Shown here piece after piece: positions 13,401-23,302 of a stretch of 64,000 nucleotides of DNA. Position 1 is the first letter of the stretch. Each line of letters begins with the position of its first letter. The DNA is from Pelomyxa schiedti (Eukaryota > Protista > Evosea), in contig JAHLWZ010000564.1 of the NCBI GenBank assembly GCA_020536535.1, positions 1-64,000 of the forward strand, in the 5' to 3' direction. A program made the translations under genes and the position numbers. The notes under the pieces are model-generated. The model saw only the letters and a program-made list of their open reading frames with translations, was not told the origin of the DNA and did no database searches.

Positions 13401-14559
13401 CCTTTTCTTATCTGGTGGCCAATCCATGTTTATGCAACAAACACCGTTTTCCCCCACCATCTTTGACCCCAATGCTACAACAGTCCCCAAAGAGCACTAT
13501 TCCCTCTCTAAGCTATTCACGGCAGTTGTAGGTTCAACTGACCCAAGTAATATCCAGCTCTTATCATCAGCTGTACCCGTGTTGTACGAATGTGCACTAA
13601 AGCCTCTCACCCCAGCGCAGTCAACTGAGGCCACAGTTGAGGCGGCCAAATGTTACGCAGCCATTCTTAATAAGCAGCTCCCCACAGCCACTTCCCCAAT
13701 GATGTTGGAGCCCGAGGCCATTACTACGCTCCTTACAACCCTCTCATCCTCACCACAAAAATACGGGTCTGTGATGCTACTCGGCTGGGTATGCAAGGCT
13801 CTGTGCTTATGTTGGTATGCACCCTATGCCCAGACAGCCCTATCCGCTCTCTGTGATATGTGTAGTCTCGAAGCAACCGGAGCATCTCCCGATACTCCTC
13901 GCTGGGCAGCAGAAGCCTTGCGAATTGTTGCCGAACCATGCGACGACGCACTGGGAACACATACAAACGCCAATGTAACGCCTAGCTCTGGAGAGAATGT
14001 ATTCCTGCACGTATTTGAGAGGTTCGTCAGCCAAAACACCGGCGCCGAAGTCCCGGTGCTTAACAACAACCAGCTCTCCGCACTTGCCTACGTTGTAAGC
14101 TCCGCACCGGCACCGCTTCTGGAGAAACACGCCGAGAAGCTCCTGCAGCTCGGCATATTCTCCAAGATGGTTGGCTCACAAAACGACTCGCTGTGCAAGA
14201 TGGGCCTCCAATCACTGAGGGCACTTATATCCGCCAAATCGTGCCACGCCACACTAGCCAAGAGCCTGCGGCCTATGTTTACCTCCATTGCCGCCGTTGC
14301 ATGTTCCAAAGTACTAGTAACCGGAGCCGGAACCGGAACAAGTTCCGCGGAATCCGGAAGCAACACCTGGGTTGCACCGGTTCAAGTGCGAGTGGCCGCG
14401 CTCCAGGTTCTGAGTGACATGAGCCTGAAGATGGAGCCGTGCCACACACTCCCGTTCAAAGCGGAGGTTGCTGCCCTAGTCACTCACGTTCTAGACGATC
14501 CCAAGAGGGTTGTTCGCCACGAGGCCCGCCAATGCCGCAACGCCTGGCTTGTTATGTAG
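10435..14559 (+). CDS. MMS19: MMS19/Met18 HEAT-repeat subunit of the cytosolic Fe-S assembly targeting complex
   Basis: FFCDR, GEREPKSIL (cf. GEKDPRNL), LFEATSCYFPI and the diagnostic C-terminus LDDPKRVVRHEARQCRNAW. Confidence 0.88.
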
Positions 14560-14850
14560 ACCCCATTCCGAGTATGTTACAAAACCTACTACCTAATGTT
14601 ATTATATATATTCCTCCTTCCTCACACAGTACCAGGTTACATTGTGACTACAAATATTTGAATTACTGGGAATCTCCGGCTTTAATTTCCGGAAACACCA
14701 GGCACTAGGGTTCTCTTTTATACACGAGTTTTATTCACCACACATGATTCTTTGCTCAAGCAAAGAACGGGTAAATTAATAGCTGCTCCGTTTTTTGGGT
14801 ATTCATTGTTTTTGTTTTATTTTTTTTTAAAGTCACAAACACAAAATTAA

Positions 14851-17646
14851 TCAGAGGTGGTGTGGTGCCTCTTGTTGATGAATTTGTGGAGGTGGTTGTG
14901 GTTGATGGTGAGCGCGTTGCCGCTGACGCTGGAGGAGGTACTTACGCAGCATAAAGAGGAGTGCCAGAAGGCCAAATAGGAACAACAGCAGAGCGTTGTC
15001 ATGCTCGAGTATGGCCTGCTGTATGTTTTCTAGTATGCCGCTTGACTCTAGCTGTATCAACACCGCTAGGATGGCGGGAAGTATTACTGGCGTGAGAGAA
15101 GGTGTGCCTACTAGGGAGAGGTCGTAGTACCTAATGCGTTGTTATTATTGTTGGGTGATGGGGTGCGGGTTGGAAATTATTGTACCGCTTGGCGAGAGGT
15201 AAGTCCTTGGGGAGACCAACCCCAAACTATGAAAGGAGTTATGCACTGTTGAGAGTTAAGAGATGATTACATGGTGCATCCATCCAACGTAAAACAGAGC
15301 TTCTGGATTTCCTGCCTCAGCAGCGGCTTTGTACCAGGTAGAAGCGGTCTGATGACTTTCATTGACACCCTTTCCGTAGTAGTAGTAGTCACCAATCCGC
15401 ACAAGGGAGTCCCCATGGAAGGAGGCACCGCCAACTCTAAGTACGTTTTCAGGTTGACCAGTACTCGTGTGCTGTTCCGCACTCATTAGAAGATATCGGA
15501 GGGCCTAATTCGGGTTAAATAAAAACAAAACAAAAAAACTAAGCAACACTGTATCGATGTTTACCTTGGTGTAGTCATGATATCGGTGTTCATATATCCA
15601 GGCAGCATTGCTCTGTGCCACCTCATACCCCATTTCAGCAGCAAGTTCGTATCGCGCAAGTGCTCTGTCAAAGTAATTTTCACCTTGCTTCACTTAATTG
15701 TTGGGTTTACAAAGTTCAGTAGAACCTTCCAATGAAAAGTCTTCGGCATCCCATAAAATTGCATCTCCCCATATACCAGTTTGAGCAACTTTCTTATACA
15801 GCTTGAAGACATCACTGAAGTCATAAAGATAGTCTTTACTTACAATTGCGGCAAGAGAGCATGCTCCAGGTGATGAAACATAGACGTCAGCCAGAGCCTG
15901 CAAAGCCGTGGGCAGACCAGCAGTCATGGCTGCAGCGTAATAGGAAACAGCCTTGTTTGTGTCTTCATCGACAAGTATCCCCTCTGTCCGGTGTTGGAAC
16001 AAAAAGTCTGTGAATTGTAGGATACCCTCAATCAGGTTGCCCATATGAACCATAGCATGAGGAGAACCACTTTCTGCGGCTCGTTGTAAGTACTCTACTC
16101 CTTTCTGTCGGTTTTGTTGAACTTGAATAGCGGTAAGATCCGTGAGAGATTCTACAAAAAGAATCAAGTTAGGCACACATTCTTGTGAAGGTGAATGCAA
16201 CCAGAGATGGGGGATCCAGAAGGAGTAACTAAGCCTTTCAAATGCAACATTCCAAGTCGATTAAGTGCACTTGGGTCCCCTCCAGAAGCAGCCATCTGAT
16301 AAAGTTGAATAGCCAGAGACAAATTCTTTGGTCTGCCAAGGCCTTCTTCATGGAGGCGACCCAAGCCCTGCAGGCCTCCAGGATCTCCCAAGTCGGCAGC
16401 CTAAGTAAAATTTCCTTTTTTAAAAATTGAAATACGGGACAGTGACATACCTCTCTGAAAAGTCGATATGCCTTTTCATAATCTCTGTCCAGGCCATAAC
16501 CCCCTTCCATAAAGAGATTTCCTAGAGTAACCTAAGGAGGATTAATTCGCTGGTGGTTGCAGTGAGGCGATACCAGTGCCTCAACCTCACCAGTGTCGGC
16601 AAGGAATGAGTAGTAGTTAATTATGTCACGTTCTGAGGTAAGATCGGAATCCCCCCAATCCAATTCTTCACTCAATCTTGTGTACTTGGACTGTGGGAGA
16701 ACAAGAGCGTCTTCCATTTCAATTCCGTACACAACTGGGAAATGTCGATCTCAGGGTGAAGTTTGGTAACGAACCTTGTGTAGAAAGCTTTCTGAACATA
16801 TGGACGTAAGTGGAGCACATAGGAGGTAAATTCCTGCGATACATGTGTCTGTAGCATGTTACGCAAAGAAGTACTGCAACTGCGACCGACCTGTAACCCA
16901 AAGCCATAAGGCCAATAGGATCGTCCCCTTGAGCCGCAAAGGAGTAATGGAGCACAGCCTTTTTCTATGTGAGATGAGAATAAGAAAGATGCTGTGGGGA
17001 CCATTGTTTGGTCTTCAGTAACTCCCCTGCCAGTTGCATACATAAACCCTAACAGTGCGTGTGCCATAGGGTTGCCTTTTTGCGCTGCTTCTTGAGCGTA
17101 TCTAAAGGCCATTTCATTATCGATTTCCACGTCAATACCACCAAGCTGTGTGGCATTAGTAAGAGTAGTCCACAAGAACGAGAATTTACGAGATAAAGGG
17201 CAGCCAGATACGTTGTAGCAGTATCGTTAGAATTGTTATTGCTGTACTGGTCTCTCAACTCATCCGCCACAGTACCAAGCCAATCTTGGTGTTTTTTCTT
17301 GTGCGTGACTAAGAACACAGACAAAGAAACTACAAAATATAAAGACACATATCGCGCACCATTTGGTTCAACATAAATGTGTTCTCCTCTTCCCTTTCAA
17401 CAGCTCTTACAGTCGAAGATTCCCACTCCCCTACACTGAAAATTAACATAATACTTACTAAAAAAAAACAGGTTATGAAAAACAAGTGTGCCCTACCGTC
17501 GTCAACAAAAGCGCAGTCTATTAATCCAAGCAACAAGGTGACCGCAACCAATGCGACACAACAACCGACTCTTCTCTTCCTCCATTGCCTTTGTGTCTGT
17601 CGTTAAACAGAAGAAAAAAAGATCTAGGTGTCACGCACCACCCCAT
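14851..17646 (-). CDS. SEL1L: SEL1L/Hrd3 ERAD receptor (Sel1 repeats, signal peptide, C-terminal TM)
   Basis: Sel1 repeats (AHALLGFMYATGRGV, GLMALGYR, YELAAEMGYEVAQSNAAWIYE, LVRIGDYYYYGKGV), N-terminal hydrophobic signal and C-terminal TM. Start codon inferred through a short first intron. Confidence 0.85.
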
Positions 17647-17722
17647 TCACGTAGAAAGTAAATAACGAAAAAAAAAGGCTGCTGATGATCCTTTTCTGAA
17701 TGATTTCGTTTTTGTCGAGTCA

Positions 17723-20164
17723 CTAGTGCCCTGCCACGCACTCAGCTGTGAACAGTTCATCGATGAGATTGCTTCCCACCAACATCTCATCAGGTATCCT
17801 TTTCCATCCCACAATTTTCCGAATTGCATCACACAGGGGTTCCATTTCGCCAAGAACCCCACCTGGAATCGTGGTGATGATAAAATATTCGCTACTGCTG
17901 AGTGTCACAGTGATAAAATCGTTAACTTCGCATCTGATTCTTTTTAAACTATCTGTGTAAGGAAAAGAAAGCACAAATGATTTGTTATAGGGTGTTGGTG
18001 TAAGTGCCAGATAGTTTGGCAAACTGTATGTGGTGAGCTATGAGTGCCCCTAGACTGTCGTGAATGTTTACTCTGACTAGGTAGTTGATATTGGGTGATA
18101 CTGATACTGCTGGTGACACAACTGTCACTGACTTCGTGTCAGCTTCCACCACAACTGTTTCTTTTTCTGTAGGTGGAGTGAATTCATTAGAATAGAGATT
18201 ATGATAATTAAATCCTGAATATCTTGGTACCCACCTGGTGTCTCCGGGAAAATAAATTGTAAGGTAGAACCAGTTGGTAATCTCTTGGATTTTCTGGCTC
18301 TAACCAGTATATTTATGATGAAGTTGCACTTTACTTTGCCGTCAATAACCTCTGCTACAACTGGCTGCCCAGATTGCGGTGCAGCATTGGTGATTACTTT
18401 CAGGGAGCATGCCATTGTTCTAAGGTATTTGGTTGAAGTATCGGGTATTGGATTCATTCTTTGCTGCATTTGCCGTAATATAGGCTCCGCCTTATCTTAG
18501 ATAGAGTTATTCTGTTGTATGGCATGGGGAGGACATACCATGTTTCCCTTGTTCTAGGTAAGTGACTGCAAGGTCGTTCATTGTGGCCCAGTAATGGGGA
18601 CCATCTGGGTCACTTTTGGAATACATCGCTGCCGCTCTTAAAAGAGTCTCTTCAGCTTCGCTGTAACACTCTGAGTCGAGAAGTATTTCACCTTTGGAAC
18701 ACTTTTAAATTTACTTAGTAGAATTGGTGCTGAGTACCATAGTATTTAGTGAAGTATCCACATTCAAGGGTATTGGTGTGTGCTACCTCAAGCTGCTTGC
18801 ATACAGCACATGCCTCTTCATATCTCTCTAAATTAAGAGAGTCAGAGGAATGTGGGGAGTGAGTCTATACCCACCCATTCCTAAAAGAATCTGACTGTAC
18901 CACATTCTTGAATTGACTAAAATTGGATCCATCCGATAGGTAGAAGCCTCCAGTAAGGCAATGGTCCGTTTGATGGTTGCATCTGCAGAGACCCATTCTT
19001 TCTGAAACATGAATACTTGAGTGAGGCTCTTCAGAGCCTCTGCAAGTGTTCTCTGTGATTTTTTTGAATTCTGTACTGTTCGAAAATGAATGCACACCTT
19101 TTGGTTTGGATCAGATGGGTTCGAAGAATATACAGATTCAAGAAGCTCCACTGCGTCAAGAGCATTCTTTGCAGATTGAAGAAGTAGCTTTTTACTACTT
19201 TCTGCATCTCTGGGAGTGCGTGTCATAAGTGATTGTACCTTAAGGAAATCAGAGGAATTCTGTGGTATTGTGGGCACACCTCTGATAGTTCACAAAGAGC
19301 TTTGGCAAGAGGCTCAACGGCCAGTCTGTCTTGAGCTTGTAGCTGCCGGAAAGAGGAAATTGCTCTACAATGTGCATCAGGAAAGCCAGAATTCGGTAGA
19401 TATTAACACCTGTTGAAGTGCTCGACAGCTTGGGGTAGCCTGTCAGTAAACTTGTAGAGGAACCCCAGTTCATTGTGTACCAAGCCACACACTGGTGTGT
19501 CAATCTCCCCGGCTGTATTGTAGTGTATTCTGGTAAGGAACCGAGAACACGGTGTTTTAACCTAAAATACCAGTATTGAGCTGCAAAAGTACTGTTGTAT
19601 ATCTGGCTTCCGCATCCGCAAATCTAGCTTCTTTCACGGCTTGTTCTGCCTCAGCCATACACGCCTTGCGCCACATTAAACAAGAATGTTGGTTTGAGAA
19701 AAAAAAAAAAAAAGAAACACCTGTAGTTTCTCCCTGTTTGGGATCCTGTCGGACAGCACGAATCCCAGCCTGGTTGGGCCCCCCGGCGCCCCCTCCCGCA
19801 CCACCACCCCCGCCCGCGCCTGCGCCGCCCTGCGCCGCAGCCCCCGGGCCCCTTCCGCGGCCAGCCGCTCGTCCGCTGCGCCCCCCTCCTGATCCTGGTC
19901 CTCCTCCTCATCGTCTTGATCGTCTTCGCCGTGGGCGTCGGCCTCCGCCCCGCCCCGGGCGTACTCGTCCGCCCACGAGGAGGAGCCCCCTCCCGGGCCC
20001 GTGGGCCCCCCGCCGTCGTCCTCCTCCGAGTCCTCCTCGTCGTCTACCTCGACGCCGGGGGAGCTGCCCGGCGCCGTGGGGGAGCGGGCCCACAGGTAGC
20101 CCACTACGCCCACGATACCCACGGCCACCCCTGCCGCCGCCGCAGTCACCAGCCCCCGCCTCAT
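17723..20164 (-). CDS. TPR-repeat protein with an N-terminal signal anchor and acidic linker
   Basis: MRRGLVTAAAAGVAVGIVGVVGYLWARS, an acidic stretch, then TPR-like helices (TLAEALKSLTQVFMFQKEWVSADATIKRTIALLE; MNDLAVTYLEQG). Confidence 0.65.
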
Positions 20165-20894
20165 CTCCTAATACTCGGTGTGTGATGATTGATTGTTGGT
20201 TCTCCCTCAAATTGAACCAATGATTCGAGAGTGCAAGCGGGGCAGGCAATTTCAAAGGCCCAGTGTCGCGCACCACCACCGAGGATTGTGACTTGTTGGG
20301 TGTCAATCCCACAGAGGGTGCCTGATTGGCCATAATCATCTTTCGTTTGTTCAGGGTTGGTGTTATTGGGGGTGGTGGAGCTGGTGCTGGGGGCGGGGGG
20401 GCGAATAACGGATTGTGCGCTGTTGGGGGTGGTAGCGATCGTCGCAGTGATGATGGCTACTACGGCGGTGGCACCGAATGCGACTCAAAGGAGGTGCGCA
20501 TACCACATGGCACCCGGGCAGAAGGTAGGTGGCGCTGGGTCGCCCCGCCCCCGACACAGCCAACCTCCTTTTTTCTTAACTTAATGTTGACGGGGGAAGG
20601 AAGGCCGACTTGAAGCAGTTTGAACACAACCTAAGGAAGCAGCTGTTGAGGGTCAGGCTTATAACTGGTATCCTTTGTTGAGTTATAACTACCTCTCAAC
20701 CAAACACCACCAAAAAAATCAATCAAGTTGAAACCTTTACCCATGATTGTTTTTCCAGGACTCAGAAGAGCCTTTGCCTTCCTGACACTGTGTGGGGGTG
20801 TGGCCACAACTTGGACGGGCATAAAACATAAATATGTATGTACCTTTCACTTTTGGTTAAATTTTTTTTATCTTACGCGATAAAATAGTGGGTT

Positions 20895-21162
20895 ATGTCC
20901 GCTCTCATTGCTGTTCTGCTTGTCTGTGCTTTCATTTTTCTGCACCTCTACAACACTGACACACCCGAGTCTTTTGGGAGACGAATTGACCGTGTGCTCA
21001 AAACCATGAACCTCAGTTTTGACATCAACACTGGAACAATACGTGTCAACATGCCTCGTGCACAGCCAAACCCAACACCCACACCAATTTCTAGCTCTAC
21101 ACCAAGAGTTATCTAAGATGTGTACATACAGCACCTTTACCAGAGGAAAGAACAAAGATAAA
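20895..21162 (+). CDS. Small hypothetical membrane protein (possible upstream exons)
   Basis: Hydrophobic MSALIAVLLVCAFIFLHLY preceded by a splice-acceptor-like site. Confidence 0.3.
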
Positions 21163-21344
21163 GAAGCAGACTCTCAGCAGATACATATTTAGTGGCTCTG
21201 CTTGACTTCAACACAATGGTTCAACTACCAGGGGCCTCCCATAAGTATGGGGCATACAAAGTTCTTCTGGAGAAAACCCGTTGACACTCAGTTTATTTCT
21301 GGAGTGCGTTCTCAAATAAAAAAAAAAACAAGCTCTGGTGATTC

Positions 21345-21426
21345 TTCGCTTGGCATGCGGAAGACCTGAGTTCGATTCTCAGCAGAGGGCACAACCAGCT
21401 CTCTGTAGTTTAGTGGTTATAACATC
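21345..21426 (+). tRNA. Circularly permuted tRNA gene: 3' half 21345/7-21391, spacer CAACCA, 5' half 21398-21426; best-folding anticodon GGC (Ala), alternative CAC (Val)
   Basis: T arm CTGAG-TTCGATT-CTCAG and acceptor 3' strand CAGAGGGC-A lie upstream of acceptor 5' strand GCTCTCTG, T8A9 and D arm GTTT-AGTGGTTA-TAAC. Anticodon arm (T)(C/T)CGC-TTGGCAT-GCGGA. Confidence 0.8.
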
Positions 21427-21456
21427 TATTTCACCAAGCGCCGTCACTCCACTGTC

Positions 21457-21468
21457 TTTTTTTTTTTT
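21457..21468 (+). terminator. Pol III-type oligo-T terminator of the permuted tRNA gene
   Basis: T12 run about 30 nt after the 5' half. Confidence 0.6.
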
Positions 21469-21647
21469 GAAGCCTCCTTCTTGACCGGAGCTTCTAGTTA
21501 TCACTCCTGCACCAGTTTCCAGAACATCTCCCACGTGCTCTTGCGTGGCTCAGAAGCTTCTTAGTTCTGGAGCGTCTCGTTTCCTGGTAGGAAAACACAG
21601 GATAAAACCCCAAATCTCGAGAAGAAAACAACAAAGATAAAGAAGTC

Positions 21648-23211
21648 ATGACTACGCGAAAGGACGGAAGCCGATCATCAACAAGTTCAGACGAGGAACG
21701 TTGTCCATTGCCGACCGCTGCTGCCTCTGCACCTCCGACCAGTAAAAACCCAGATTAGTCTAACATTTCCCAACGATTCCCTACAAAGGTAGGTCAAATA
21801 CCGGGTGCCAGTATTCCTCTGCTGCATCGTCCTCACCGCCATCAGATGCATTTTTAGTGCACGACGTATCCGCTACTGGCTCTGCTGAATTGGCACCTTC
21901 AACATCCGGTGATGTGCCCCCAGTCCACCCCCCAACCCACACAGCTCCCATAATCACCACTGAATCGTCGGCCACCACCACTAGTACTACAGCTGCAACT
22001 CCCCCCTCTTTGCCACACCCACCCGATTCCGTATCATCCACAACAACAACATCGTCAACAACGACATCAGCTTCAACAGCAACAACAGCACCAACAATGA
22101 CAGGTGTAGTACATGTGGTCACACATACATACACTACTCTGCACGTGCCTTATGTCATCAGTGGAAGGTTCCCCGAAGCTAGCCTCGATGAGCTTGTTCA
22201 TACTCCAATTTCCAATGTACAGTGTGACATCCGGAGGATAAGGGGGGGCCTGTTGTCAAAGTCCTCTTATGAGGTATGTACAGCTCTAAATATTCCACAC
22301 GTATTCTCGTGACTATCATCATACAGCTATTTGTGCATGGTACAAATCAATTCTTGCTCTCTGTATGTTACCAGTTGTTTATGTACTGAGCTCTTAATTT
22401 TCGATCAGGGAAGGAAAATAATGCGTTCCAGGTCACATTTAGTCTCCACTGACCAGGCTGAAACTGCGAAGGTCAGCAAAAAATACACTGGTGAAGTAAC
22501 GTAAGGACACTAGAATCTGTATTGCTAAATAACTAAAAACAAAAAAACAAAAAACCAAAATAGCTCAAACTTCATGGGCACGGAATTTCAAGGTTAAAAC
22601 ATACGACACTACTTCTTCCCTGTTACTTTATTGTAACAGTGCATGACTACGGAACGGATCCGAGACTCAACGCTGACACACCCCGCTCTGAATTGGTCTC
22701 CATTTCTTATACACCAGCCCCGGTTGTTAAAGGACCATGGCAGCTGTGTGTGCTTATTCCTAAAATTGGTCACACTGCAGGAAGCGGCAGCACTCTCCTC
22801 CAACAGTTCAAAGAAGGGCACACCGACAACCTTTTGCAGTTTCAGAACGTTCCACCAGTCTGGGATGCAGGCTAGTAGTAGTTTTTATCTCATTTCTTCT
22901 TTAACAATGCTCTCCCACCCACGCCACAGTCCACGGGACGTACACCCTAGATTTCCATAACAGAGCTACGCGAGTGTCAGTTAAAAATTTTCAACTCAGA
23001 GAAGCACCTCCAGGTGTGTGTTGTAACAGTCATGTTCCATCACACAGCAAGCAAAAACCAACTCCTCGAATTAGGTGATGAAACTGTTAAGCTTCAGCTC
23101 GGCCGCATGGGCGACGACTTATTCTCACTTGACTTTGGGTATCCCTTCACTCCCTGCCAAGCCTTTGGCATTGCCATATCAGCTCTCGGCTTCAAATTGG
23201 CTCTCGACTAA
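21648..23211 (+). CDS. Tubby-domain protein
   Basis: SNFMGTEF, FQNVPPVWDA, SVKNFQL and C-terminal LQLGRMGDDLFSLDFGYPFTPCQAFGIAISALGFKLALD; low-complexity S/T/P N-terminus. Confidence 0.88.
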
Positions 23212-23302
23212 CACAGACCCTTAGCAGAAAACAAGTTTCTTTCGGTTTTTCGTTACCCAGAACCCGTTTGGGTTTCCCACACACAACAAACAAGTCGCAC
23301 TC

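Noticed and set aside
17520-17646. Apparent frameshift at the SEL1L start (nearest ATG out of frame with the signal peptide)
   Set aside because: A 38-nt GT-AG intron from the ATG at 17646 restores the frame.
21331-21391. Reading the upstream half alone as a D-armless tRNA (AGCTCTG/CAGAGGG)
   Set aside because: Only 5 acceptor pairs versus 8 with the downstream 5' half, which also supplies a normal D arm.
21505-21592. Three-way hairpin just downstream of the tRNA terminator
   Set aside because: Short helices (9, 7 and 5 bp) in the probable Tubby 5' UTR; no family motif, could be chance.
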